Assembly: GCA_041671485.1 (NCBI GenBank)
Contig: JBAZBL010000003.1
Span: forward strand, 25,412 to 89,411
Length of the DNA stretch: 64,000 nucleotides
Source: Minisyncoccota bacterium
GTDB lineage: Bacteria > Patescibacteriota > Minisyncoccia > Phycocordibacterales > PALSA-1337
Direction of reading: 5' to 3'
This document shows, piece after piece, positions 29,831-39,201 of this stretch. The number at the start of each line of letters is the position of its first letter. Positions within the stretch are counted from its first letter, which is position 1. Under the pieces are notes generated by a model. It had not been told where the DNA came from and did no database searches. It was given only the letters and a program-made list of their open reading frames with translations. The position numbers were made by a program, and so were the translations under genes.

Positions 29831-31013
29831 TAGGAGACTCTTCGAGAAAAATCCTCTTATCATACACACTCCCTGCATTCCACAACATCCAACTATCGAA
29901 GCCAGCGTCATATGTCGCTTGCATTTGTTTCCTCACCATTTCTGGCGTATATGTTGCACCAAGGTTAAATGCTTGAAGCCATGGACGTAATTTGTTTGGT
30001 GTAGAAGAAGCATTGTATATTTTCACAAAAGCTTGATCCATAGAATATTTCACGACTTTATATGGTTCTGTAGCAGGTTTCTCTATACCGATAAAGCCAT
30101 ATGCAAAATGTGATGGATATACCATAGGACCAACATAGTCAAAATATATGAGAGCATCTTCTAGAACTTGACCAATACCCAAGTCACCACTAGCACTAGT
30201 CGTAAGCCCAAATAGATCCGCGGAGAGAACTGCTTTTGTTTCTGACATTTGCTGGCGCAGATATGCAAAGAAACTAGAAAGAATATTCGTTCTATGTGTT
30301 GTAGAACTTATATTATAAAGTATGTCTTTTATATTTCCATCAGATGGAAAACGTATATAGTCATAATTCAATTCATCGAAACCAATAGATGAAGCTTCTT
30401 TGGAAAGATCTACTATATAATCCCAAAATACTTTTGAACCAGGGTGAATATAAGCGAGACCCATATTGTCATGCCAAGACGATTCAGGATTGGATACTTT
30501 CTTTATAGCTGATTCAGGATACTTGGATGCATATAGAGGATCTTGGAATACTGTAATCCTAGCTATTACATATATACCCAATTCATGCAATTCATTTATA
30601 AATTCTGGAAAATCTTGTACGATACAACCTCTACCACGAGCATAATTCCCTACCGTCGTAGAAGAATACGATACTGTACCTGTATAGTCTTTTAGATCAA
30701 CAACGATACTATTCAATTCTGTTCCTTTGAAAAGTTCAATGGTTTTATTGCGCAATCTCTTTTCGCTAGCTGTACATGCGGTGATATATATAGCTTTGAC
30801 AGGAATGGGTGTAGCGATATGAGTGATGGTAGGTTTGGCAATAATATTATTGGTCAAAGTTGATACATCAATATCATCTGATGTATTTGAATATTTGATT
30901 ACGCCAATAGATGATATAAATATCAAATAAGAGAGTATTGCAAGAATAAAAAAAGCACCAACGATGACCGTGACAATTCGCGTTGCGCCAAACTTACGCC
31001 ACTCTTTTATCAT
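29826..31013 (-). CDS. Membrane-anchored putative glycoside-hydrolase-like (TIM-barrel) protein
   Basis: N-terminal TM anchor followed by a roughly 350-aa domain with alternating beta/alpha pattern and conserved acidic residues (GFDELNYDYIRFP). Family assignment is tentative. Confidence 0.35.
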   Translation of the reverse strand: MIKEWRKFGATRIVTVIVGAFFILAILSYLIFISSIGVIKYSNTSDDIDVSTLTNNIIAKPTITHIATPIPVKAIYITACTASEKRLRNKTIELFKGTELNSIVVDLKDYTGTVSYSSTTVGNYARGRGCIVQDFPEFINELHELGIYVIARITVFQDPLYASKYPESAIKKVSNPESSWHDNMGLAYIHPGSKVFWDYIVDLSKEASSIGFDELNYDYIRFPSDGNIKDILYNISSTTHRTNILSSFFAYLRQQMSETKAVLSADLFGLTTSASGDLGIGQVLEDALIYFDYVGPMVYPSHFAYGFIGIEKPATEPYKVVKYSMDQAFVKIYNASSTPNKLRPWLQAFNLGATYTPEMVRKQMQATYDAGFDSWMLWNAGSVYDKRIFLEESPM

Positions 31014-31015
31014 TT

Positions 31016-31276
31016 TTATATTTCGGATAATGGACGACTAATAATTGTTTCATCTCTTGTAGGAGGAGAAAGTGATTTTTCTTTATGTTCAATATATGGC
31101 AATGCTTCTTGATCGGCCTTACTCATCTCACGAGTAGTGCAAATCCTATAAGCCAAGAATATTATGAGAAGACCGATAAATATATATATTATATTGTCCC
31201 AAGTAGATGGAAAACCAAGATATGGTAATACCATAACGATGATTCCAAGAATTATTAACCATTGTCTTTTTGACAT
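31016..31276 (-). CDS. Small membrane protein (2 TM)
   Basis: 86 aa with two hydrophobic helices; tightly packed with the upstream gene. Confidence 0.4.
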   Translation of the reverse strand: MSKRQWLIILGIIVMVLPYLGFPSTWDNIIYIFIGLLIIFLAYRICTTREMSKADQEALPYIEHKEKSLSPPTRDETIISRPLSEI

Positions 31277-31334
31277 GTTGCAATTATAACCCGAAATGAT
31301 AGAATCGCGCTAGAAGGATAGTACGAAAAAAAAT

Positions 31335-31715
31335 ATGAATGAAATATCTGCGCAGATACCTGATGCAACATACTACAAGGTATGTATGTTTGGCACAGCG
31401 TTTGATGACAATTACGCTGGAGAATTGCGAAGTGCACATTTTGTGGAAAATGAGCTCCACGTAATCTTTCATTTTGTAACAAGGATACATAAGAGAGGTG
31501 ACCCTCCAAAGTGGCAGGTTGATGATAAGGGTAAGGTTATATGTGATTATGAGATCATCTTTGAGGGTTGTGTGGTCTTGGAAAATAATGGTATAGACCG
31601 CATCAAAGTCAAATCTACACAGGGAGATGTTGTAACCCTTTCCTCTACGAAACAAGACATTGCGATTGTCCACGAATTGATCGAGAATGCACTTGAGATC
31701 ATACGCAGTCGTTAG
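31335..31715 (+). CDS. Hypothetical protein
   Basis: 126-aa ORF with a downstream hairpin terminator; no recognisable motif. Confidence 0.4.
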   Translation: MNEISAQIPDATYYKVCMFGTAFDDNYAGELRSAHFVENELHVIFHFVTRIHKRGDPPKWQVDDKGKVICDYEIIFEGCVVLENNGIDRIKVKSTQGDVVTLSSTKQDIAIVHELIENALEIIRSR

Positions 31716-31721
31716 CAAAGC

Positions 31722-31753
31722 CACGTCTATTCAATTTCACTGACGTGGCTCTT
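31722..31753 (+). terminator. Hairpin terminator (agccacgtc...gacgtggct followed by cttttatttgg)
   Basis: 9-bp stem with a T-rich tail immediately after the stop of 31335-31715. Confidence 0.45.
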
Positions 31754-32560
31754 TTATTTGGAAACTATTACTACAAATTCACCGCGGACTTTATCGGAAT
31801 TCAATTCAAAATATTTCACAACTTCATCTACCGAACCACTGACTACTTCTTCGAATATTTTTGTAAGTTCTCTGCATACAGTTATTTTCATCGATTTTTG
31901 AATATCTTCATAGTATGCATGGCAACAGTCTCGTAACGAAGCCGACACCCCCCGACGAGACTTAACAGCGTGGTGCGATGCGTCTCGGAGGGGGGTAGTC
32001 GGCGAAGTTATCGAGATTGTTGCCAATGACTTCAGCGTCTTCAATATCCTATGTGGTGATTCGTAGAAAATCATGGTTCGTTTTGATGCAATAATTTCTT
32101 TTAGCAAAGTCTCTTTCCCCTTCTTATGAGGCAAAAATCCCAAGAAGGTGAAATCATTGTGAGATATTCCTGCAATAGAAAAAGCAGAGATGAGAGCAGA
32201 TGGACCAGGAATAGATTCTATTTTCAATTCATTTTCTTCTATCTCTTTTGCACATTCTTTCCTGATCCTCGCTACAAGCTCCGAACCAGGATCAGATATA
32301 CATGGTGTACCTGCGTCAGAGACAAGAGCAAGATTTTTGCCAGATTTCAAAAGTCCTATTATCTCCTCTACTCGCGAAAGTCTACTATGCATATGATATG
32401 AAAGTGTATGTGTTTTGATCTCATATTTATCGAGAAGTTTGCGTGTGACTCTGGTATCTTCGCACAATATCAAGTCCACATTCTTGAGTACTTCAATAGC
32501 CCGAAGTGTGATATCACCGAGATTGCCAATTGGAGTGCCAACGACAGATAAAGTAGACAT
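31754..32560 (-). CDS. rsmI: 16S rRNA (cytidine1402-2'-O)-methyltransferase RsmI, carrying an in-frame GC-rich palindromic insertion
   Basis: MSTLSVVGTPIGNLGDITLRAIEVLKNVDLILCEDTR ... YESPHRILKTL ... CRELTKIFEE tetrapyrrole-methylase-fold motifs. About 37 extra residues sit between LKSL and KITVCRELTK. Confidence 0.75.
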   Translation of the reverse strand: MSTLSVVGTPIGNLGDITLRAIEVLKNVDLILCEDTRVTRKLLDKYEIKTHTLSYHMHSRLSRVEEIIGLLKSGKNLALVSDAGTPCISDPGSELVARIRKECAKEIEENELKIESIPGPSALISAFSIAGISHNDFTFLGFLPHKKGKETLLKEIIASKRTMIFYESPHRILKTLKSLATISITSPTTPLRDASHHAVKSRRGVSASLRDCCHAYYEDIQKSMKITVCRELTKIFEEVVSGSVDEVVKYFELNSDKVRGEFVVIVSK

Positions 32561-32601
32561 AATAAAATGTTATTTAATTCGTTTAATAAAATTACTTTCA
32601 T

Positions 32602-33150
32602 CTACTCCTGATGAATGATATTTGTCAAAATAGCGTATTCATCCTTTTCCTTGACTTCATTATCTTTCCAATAATCTGTAAGATTATTCCGGATTTCCTG
32701 CCCCATCATTCTTTGTTGAATCCATTTTTGACTTCGTCCCATTCCCTGCCAATAATGTCTACTACGATTGAGCGCCTTTTCTGGGTCGTTTATTTCTTCG
32801 ATTCTTTCATAACCCACTTTCGCCAACCACAATTTGAACGGCTCAGCTTTTGGTGATGGGATTGACTGGATTACACGAAACATCGTCTCCGTATCAGCCG
32901 CATCTGTTAGATAAAATTTACCATCCGCAGCTCGCATTTTCAGTTGGTTACATTTTGTAACCACCTCACTTCCTTCTTGTTTTAAGCGGTTTTTCAACAC
33001 TTTCCAATAATTTCTCGGATTTTCACTAGCATTGAGCGCACCAACCACATCAACCACCGAAAAATACCATAACTCTTTTTCCTCATCCCAAATCCTGCGT
33101 ATTTTTTTGCCTTCGAATATGGCTAACTTATTTGATTTCATGATTACCAC
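32602..33150 (-). CDS. Bro-N domain protein, DinD-like (DNA-damage-inducible protein D / phage antirepressor-like)
   Basis: FEGKKIRRIWDEEKELWYFSVVDVVGAL (Bro-N) and IQSIPSPKAEPFKLWLAKVGYERIEEINDPE, as recalled for DinD-like proteins. Confidence 0.6.
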   Translation of the reverse strand: MVIMKSNKLAIFEGKKIRRIWDEEKELWYFSVVDVVGALNASENPRNYWKVLKNRLKQEGSEVVTKCNQLKMRAADGKFYLTDAADTETMFRVIQSIPSPKAEPFKLWLAKVGYERIEEINDPEKALNRSRHYWQGMGRSQKWIQQRMMGQEIRNNLTDYWKDNEVKEKDEYAILTNIIHQE

Positions 33151-33230
33151 TCTACCATACTCTTCACATCCATCAACTGAAATTTAACAATCATTTTACA
33201 TTTATCCATTTAGACACTAATATAGGTACT

Positions 33231-34460
33231 ATGTCTGCAAACGAACCAACAAACCGTATCGTTTATGTAACCCGCGACATCGAACGCGCTTTGGGTGTTT
33301 TGCCAAATGATAACTATATGATTGTCTCAAATAAGACTTCATACTCCGAAAAGATATTGAAAAATTTGAATAATACAAACAATTCGATTGGAAACAATAT
33401 TCTTTTAATTGAAAATGCGACCATTCTTGACACTGCAGAACTATTAGAACAGAACAAGGTACGAGATTATATCAATCAGAACGATTCTACAGTTTTGGTT
33501 TTTAAGAATACTTCGCTGATTGAAGATATCGTCAAAAAGAATGGCTGGAATTTACTCAATCCTCCATCCACATTAGCGGAAAAATATGAGAATAAGATCA
33601 CACAAGTCGAATGGCTCGGAGAATTGGCGAAATATTTACCACCACACTCTATTTCACTTGCTAAAAATTTGAAATGGTCCGACCAACCTATTGTCGTCCA
33701 GTGGGCGCACGGACATACAGGAGATGGAACTATTCTTGTAAATTCTCAAAAGGAACTTGATACCATTCAAGCAAAGTTTCCAGAAAGGTTGGCTCGAGCC
33801 ACAACTTTTATCAACGGACCTTCATTTACCGTTAATATGGTAGTGGCACCAAATACTATCTTAATTGGAAATATTAGTTATCAGATAACAGGTCTCCCAC
33901 CATTTACAGATAACCGATTCAGCACGATTGGTAATGATTGGGGGAAAATCGTACCAGCGTTACTCAATAAATCAGAGGTTGAATATATCCATCAAATAGC
34001 GCGAGAAATTGGTGAAAAAATGCACAAGGATGGTTGGAAAGGACTTTTTGGTATTGATATTATCAAAGAAGAAAAGACTGGTAAAATCTTTCTAATAGAG
34101 ATAAATGCTAGACAACCAGCTTCGACGACTTTTGAATCACAGTTGCAATCAAGATACGGAGGTCAGACCTCCGTATTCGAAGCACATTTACTTGCTTTGC
34201 AAGATATACAAATAGAAAGACCCATAATTGAGATCGAGGAGGGCGCGCAGATAATTCAAAGGGTTACAAAAGATATTACAAATATTTCAAAGAGTGTGAT
34301 CGACTCTCTGGAATCATCCGGATACAATGTTATTGCATATTCAAATACAGAGATAAATTCAGATCTTGTCAGGATACATAGTAATAAAGGGATAATCTCT
34401 AAACACAATCAATTTAATGAAGCGGGTGAGAAAATCAGAGCTTGCATTATTGGAAAATAA
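33231..34460 (+). CDS. ATP-grasp domain protein
   Basis: Central ATP-grasp pattern (IVVQWAHGHTGDGTILV ... GLFGIDIIKEEKTGKIFLIEINARQPAS). Confidence 0.6.
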   Translation: MSANEPTNRIVYVTRDIERALGVLPNDNYMIVSNKTSYSEKILKNLNNTNNSIGNNILLIENATILDTAELLEQNKVRDYINQNDSTVLVFKNTSLIEDIVKKNGWNLLNPPSTLAEKYENKITQVEWLGELAKYLPPHSISLAKNLKWSDQPIVVQWAHGHTGDGTILVNSQKELDTIQAKFPERLARATTFINGPSFTVNMVVAPNTILIGNISYQITGLPPFTDNRFSTIGNDWGKIVPALLNKSEVEYIHQIAREIGEKMHKDGWKGLFGIDIIKEEKTGKIFLIEINARQPASTTFESQLQSRYGGQTSVFEAHLLALQDIQIERPIIEIEEGAQIIQRVTKDITNISKSVIDSLESSGYNVIAYSNTEINSDLVRIHSNKGIISKHNQFNEAGEKIRACIIGK

Positions 34461-34492
34461 TCTGATAAAGAATTAATATAGTACCAACCACC

Positions 34493-35290
34493 ATGAACAC
34501 CAAAACGCTCTCATCTCGCGCCCTATCTGTTATTGATCAATATCGCCATTTCGCTGTAGGTAGTGCAGTGTGTAATGTTCCATATTTCAATAATAAAGCC
34601 TCTCGCGCACGAGCAACTCTCCGCACATACGGTGGCAAAGGAAGTCCAAAAGATATTTTTGAAGAAGTTCAAGGACTAATGATAAAGAGTCATATTTCTC
34701 CAAGTCTTTTGAATGATGAAGCATTGAAGAAAATGCTAGTAGAAAATAATATTGGTATAGATTGTTCTGGCTTTGCATACTATGTTCTAAATGCAGAAAA
34801 TGAAGAGCGTGGCTATGGATCGCTCGATAAACATATTCATTTTACCAGTTGCAAAGGAATAGTTGGCAAGATACGATGTCACTTTCGACCAGTAGAGAAT
34901 TGTGATGTGGCAACATTTGCAAATGATAAAAATAGTCGAATAATTGCTATAAAAGAAATACAAGTTGGAGATGTGATAACAATGCTTGCAAAAATAGATT
35001 CCAATAGTGATACCCAGATCCGCAACACTGAACGTGATCATATTCTAATCATTCATCAGGTTGATTATCAAAATTTTGTGCCAATAAAGATTTATTATAG
35101 TCACACAGTTGCATATCCAGAAGATGGTCTATATGGAACAGGCGTGAAGCAAGGTAGTATAGAAATACTCGATTTAAACAAATCAATTACCGAACAGAGT
35201 TGGAGTGAAAATGAAAGTGATACAAACAATCGCATCTTCAATAGAGCTCAAATATCAAATACAGAAGTTAGGAGAGTGATAAAGGATTGA
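34493..35290 (+). CDS. Hypothetical protein with a possible papain-like Cys/His (NlpC/P60-type) motif
   Basis: GIDCSGFAYYVL Cys motif and a later ILIIHQ His; weak assignment. Confidence 0.35.
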   Translation: MNTKTLSSRALSVIDQYRHFAVGSAVCNVPYFNNKASRARATLRTYGGKGSPKDIFEEVQGLMIKSHISPSLLNDEALKKMLVENNIGIDCSGFAYYVLNAENEERGYGSLDKHIHFTSCKGIVGKIRCHFRPVENCDVATFANDKNSRIIAIKEIQVGDVITMLAKIDSNSDTQIRNTERDHILIIHQVDYQNFVPIKIYYSHTVAYPEDGLYGTGVKQGSIEILDLNKSITEQSWSENESDTNNRIFNRAQISNTEVRRVIKD

Positions 35291-35295
35291 TACAA

Positions 35296-35466
35296 ATCAG
35301 GAAAAGGTTATGTCATTTCGTGAATCGAGTACTGTCCGAGCGTAGTCATTCGACTAGTATTTCCCAAAAGATGAGGCCGTTTATGTCCGAGAGGCCGAGT
35401 CTTTTGTGGAAATACAGGAGAATGACGCAAGCGAGTTACGCAGATTCACGAAATGACATAACCTTT
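35296..35466. repeat. Family A long nested palindromic repeat, copy 3
   Basis: Perfect 29-bp terminal IR (caggaaaaggttatgtcatttcgtgaatc / gattcacgaaatgacataaccttttcctg). Interior shares gtactgtccgagcg and gcaagcgagttacgcagatt motifs with copies 1 and 2. Confidence 0.6.
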
Positions 35467-35529
35467 TCCTGAGACTCATTCAAGGTTCTATAATCGCCAA
35501 AAACAGCTTTTTATGGTATCCTTTTTGTC

Positions 35530-36657
35530 ATGTTAACATTCCTGCAAGGAACTGCCGATCTGGCCTATATCCTCGGTTTTGCGATTATTGGGGCTGTCGT
35601 AGCTTTTGCTTGGGCACCACTCCTCACCAAATTCCTATATCAATTCAAGATCGTAAAAGGAGCAAAAGTTGAGCTTTCAAATCTCGGCTCTCATGCTTAC
35701 AAAGCTCAAACTCCTGTAATGGGTGGTTTACTAGTCATAATAACAACAGCAGTTGTAACTTATACTCTCAATTGGTCAAGAGGTTTCACTTGGGTACCAG
35801 TAGGTATCATGATTATGGCAGCACTTTTGGGATTTATTGATGATCTCATGAATGTATACGGTGCAGAGCGCCGTTCGCGCAAACTATCTCATATTTGGAA
35901 CTTGATACGTATTCACAAAGACTTTCGAATGCGTGTCTGGTATTTTATTACATTACCGTGGACTGCTTTCAAGCGCATTTCTGTTTGGTTCGGTTCGCGC
36001 ACTAGACGTGGAGTATTTGTACACGAGAAATTGATACTACAATTCATCGCAGGAACGATAGCCGCATATTGGATATATTCCAAGCTCGGACCTGCTTGGC
36101 ACTATGTCTATTTCCCATTCGGGTTCGAATGGTTGGCAGGCTGGATAATCGTACCAATAATGATCTTTGTAATCATGTTCACAGCAAATGCAGTAAATAT
36201 TGCAGATGGTATGGATGGTCTGGCTGGTGGAATGTTGATCACCACTTTCAGCGCTTTAACATTTTTGAGCTGGATCAATGGCTTCGGAGAAATTGCAATC
36301 CTAAATGCCACCCTCGTAGGCGCCTTGGCTGTTTATACATATTTCAATATCAAACCTGCACGATTTATGATGGGTGATGTTGGCTCTTTAGGCTTGGGAG
36401 CTTTGCTTGCGGTCAATGCACTTGCAATAGGTGAAATGCCATCTCTCATTTTCCTCGGCTTTATGTTCTATGTAGAAGCAGGATCAGTAGTCATACAAGT
36501 GATATCTAGATATTTATTTGGCAAGAGGATATTTGCTATGGCTCCTCTTCATCACCATTTTGAGATCAGAGGATGGAGTGAAGAGAAGACTGTTATGCGT
36601 TTTTGGGTTGTTCACTTTATCTTCGTAGTATTTGGTTTTTGGTTGGCATTACATTGA
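35530..36657 (+). CDS. mraY: Phospho-N-acetylmuramoyl-pentapeptide transferase MraY
   Basis: Polytopic membrane protein with NAVNIADGMDGLAGG and the MGDVGSLGLGA motifs of the MraY/WecA family. Confidence 0.7.
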   Translation: MLTFLQGTADLAYILGFAIIGAVVAFAWAPLLTKFLYQFKIVKGAKVELSNLGSHAYKAQTPVMGGLLVIITTAVVTYTLNWSRGFTWVPVGIMIMAALLGFIDDLMNVYGAERRSRKLSHIWNLIRIHKDFRMRVWYFITLPWTAFKRISVWFGSRTRRGVFVHEKLILQFIAGTIAAYWIYSKLGPAWHYVYFPFGFEWLAGWIIVPIMIFVIMFTANAVNIADGMDGLAGGMLITTFSALTFLSWINGFGEIAILNATLVGALAVYTYFNIKPARFMMGDVGSLGLGALLAVNALAIGEMPSLIFLGFMFYVEAGSVVIQVISRYLFGKRIFAMAPLHHHFEIRGWSEEKTVMRFWVVHFIFVVFGFWLALH

Positions 36658-37310
36658 TGAAATATTTGAAATGGGATGAAAAAACAATAACTGATTTCTC
36701 TACAGAGAATATAGATGTCATGTATGACAATGGCTATCTATTTACTCGTCTAGGCAAAGGTATTATGCATGAGACGAGAGGCGTTAGGATTGATCTGGAG
36801 AAATTTGAAAAAAGTAGTGAAAACCGCAGAATATTAAGAAAGATTCAGAATATAAATTTCAAGGTGAATAATTTACCTATGAAAGACTATGATTGGAAAA
36901 TATCCAAGTTGGCCAAAGACTTTTATGATTTGAAATTTGGGCCAGATATTATGAGTGCACAGAAGGTAAAAGAGATGCTCTCTAATGATTCAAAAAGTAA
37001 TTTCAATACTTTATTGGAATATTCAATAGATTCAGAAAAGGTCGGATATGCAATATGCTATCAAGATGATGCAATCATTCACTATAGCTACCCATTCTAT
37101 GATATAGAGTCTGCAATAAAAGATATGGGTTTGTGGATGATGATAAATGCAATAATATACGCAAAAGATTCTAGGAAAAGATACATATATCTCGGTTCAC
37201 TTCAAAGACCAAATGATACTTATAAACTCCAATTCAAGGGCCTACAATGGTTCGATGGCAAAGAGTGGTCAGATGATATAGAAAAAGTAAAAATACTGCT
37301 TAAAAAATAA
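36657..37310 (+). CDS. Hypothetical protein (possibly acyl/aminoacyl-transferase-like fold)
   Basis: ATG at 36657 overlaps the mraY stop (TGATGA). No confident motif. Confidence 0.3.
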   Translation: MKYLKWDEKTITDFSTENIDVMYDNGYLFTRLGKGIMHETRGVRIDLEKFEKSSENRRILRKIQNINFKVNNLPMKDYDWKISKLAKDFYDLKFGPDIMSAQKVKEMLSNDSKSNFNTLLEYSIDSEKVGYAICYQDDAIIHYSYPFYDIESAIKDMGLWMMINAIIYAKDSRKRYIYLGSLQRPNDTYKLQFKGLQWFDGKEWSDDIEKVKILLKK

Positions 37311-37378
37311 CTTAGAACACAATATTTTCATGTCTACAATATTGCAAGAATATATTTTTTAGTGATAAAATTATCCCT

Positions 37379-37774
37379 ATGAAAGCAAAGCAATCAAAAA
37401 AGAAAATACCGATCAAGAGTAGGTTTGTAACAGAAGGATTTGTCCATGAAGAGGTGGATAGTCTTGCTCGTATGTCGGCAGTGCAATTCACGTCTATAGA
37501 TAATAGATTTGATGGGATTTATAAAAGACTTGATAATGTAGAATGCCGACTAGATGGAGTCGAACAAGGACTTGGTAATTTGAGTTTAGAATTGATGAAT
37601 TTCAAAAAGGAGGTCTATATACAGTTCTCCCACCTAAGAGAAGACATGAAATATATGAAAGATATGCAAGAAAAGGGACAAATGGAAATACGAGCTTTGA
37701 TAGTATTCATGAAAGGTCATGAATCCAGAATCTCAAATCTAGAAGACAAGGTCACTGTATTAGAAAGAGTTTAG
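37379..37774 (+). CDS. Hypothetical coiled-coil protein
   Basis: 131 aa, Lys-rich N-terminus, heptad-like pattern. Confidence 0.35.
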   Translation: MKAKQSKKKIPIKSRFVTEGFVHEEVDSLARMSAVQFTSIDNRFDGIYKRLDNVECRLDGVEQGLGNLSLELMNFKKEVYIQFSHLREDMKYMKDMQEKGQMEIRALIVFMKGHESRISNLEDKVTVLERV

Positions 37775-37775
37775 T

Positions 37776-39191
37776 ATGGCTTCTCAATCACAAAATCTTC
37801 CAGGCCGAGTCCATATCATCGGTATATGTGGTGTAGCCACAAGCGCACTCGCAATTGCACTTCATAACAAAGGCGTGAAGGTTACTGGTAGTGATAAAGG
37901 ATTCTTCCCTCCTATTTCAACAGAATTAGAAAATAAAGGAATATCATTTTATGCTGGTTGGCATACAGAGAAAATGATAGAGAATGGAAATCCAGACATA
38001 GTCATTGTTGGTGGTAGTGGTACTAGTCCCAACAATCCAGAAACAATAAATGCAAAAGAGTTGGGCATACCAGTTATTTCATTTGCAGAAGCATTGGCAA
38101 AATATATTATAAAGAAAAATTCGATAGTTGTTGTTGGAACATGGGGCAAAACAACTTCATCAGCATTGTTGTCTTTTATTCTTGGAAATACCGAGATAAA
38201 ACCGAGCTATTTCACCGGCGGACTTTCCCTATCACATGATACTGGTCTCATCACTGATTCTGACTGGTCTGTAGTCGAGGGAGATGAATATCAGATTTCT
38301 ATTTCTGATAGAAGACCCAAATTCGATTTATTCTCGCCAACTCATTTATTATTAACATCTGTATCATGGGATCATGCAGATCTGTATCCGACAGAAAAGG
38401 ATTACTTTAATACATTCGAAAAACTTGTAAGACAAATTCCAGATTCTGGGATCGTAGTTGCTTGCATAGACAATGCTGGTGTAAATAAAATTTTGGCCAA
38501 TGCCAAAACAAAAGTAATTACATATGGAGAAAATCCTTCTTCAGATTTCAGATTGCATTCAATAGAACATACAAAGAAAGGATTGAGATTCAAAATTGAT
38601 CAACAAAATACTTCTTATGAAATAGTGTCCCCCATGCTCGGACGATTCAATGCAGAAAATATCACTGGGGCTTTTGCTATGGCAGTATCTATTGATATAG
38701 ATCCAAAAGAAATCATAAAAAGTATTGGTGAATTCAAAGGCATAAAAAGGCGATTTGAAAAGAGATTGGATGGAGATATAACAGTTCTAGACTGTCATGC
38801 ACCAACTCCAGAGAAAGCAAGTTCAGTACTTACAAGTATCCGTGAAGTCTATGATGCCAAAATTATCGCTGTTTATGAACCAAACATTGGTGGCAGACAA
38901 AGGGATTCTATAAAAGCATACAATAATGCTTTCAAAGATGCTGACTCTGTCTTGATTCCACGTCTCACAAAACTAAAAGTTGACCCTACAAATCCGAATA
39001 AACCACTTGAAGGAGAAGAATTGGCTAGCACCATGTCTTATACTCATGCAAATACAAAATACATTGACGATGATGAAATATTGATTCAATCACTCAAATC
39101 ACAATCAGAAAAAGGTGATGTTATCGTATTCTTGGGATCTCATGGTTTCCGTGGGATGATCGAAACTATTGTGAAGATACTAAGTAATTAA
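37776..39191 (+). CDS. murC: UDP-N-acetylmuramate--L-alanine ligase (MurC/Mpl family)
   Basis: HIIGICGVATSALAIALHNKG-VKVTGSD N-terminal MurC signature; VVGTWGKTTSSAL P-loop. Confidence 0.7.
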   Translation: MASQSQNLPGRVHIIGICGVATSALAIALHNKGVKVTGSDKGFFPPISTELENKGISFYAGWHTEKMIENGNPDIVIVGGSGTSPNNPETINAKELGIPVISFAEALAKYIIKKNSIVVVGTWGKTTSSALLSFILGNTEIKPSYFTGGLSLSHDTGLITDSDWSVVEGDEYQISISDRRPKFDLFSPTHLLLTSVSWDHADLYPTEKDYFNTFEKLVRQIPDSGIVVACIDNAGVNKILANAKTKVITYGENPSSDFRLHSIEHTKKGLRFKIDQQNTSYEIVSPMLGRFNAENITGAFAMAVSIDIDPKEIIKSIGEFKGIKRRFEKRLDGDITVLDCHAPTPEKASSVLTSIREVYDAKIIAVYEPNIGGRQRDSIKAYNNAFKDADSVLIPRLTKLKVDPTNPNKPLEGEELASTMSYTHANTKYIDDDEILIQSLKSQSEKGDVIVFLGSHGFRGMIETIVKILSN

Positions 39192-39201
39192 GATCAGTTT
39201 T

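Noticed and set aside
25945-35466. Family A repeats considered as a CRISPR array or as MITEs
   Set aside because: Not regularly spaced and no repeat-spacer structure, so not CRISPR. The terminal inverted repeats differ between copies while the core is conserved, which is the opposite of the MITE pattern.
35287-35472. 61-aa ORF
   Set aside because: Lies entirely within the family A palindromic repeat copy 3; an artefact of the palindrome.
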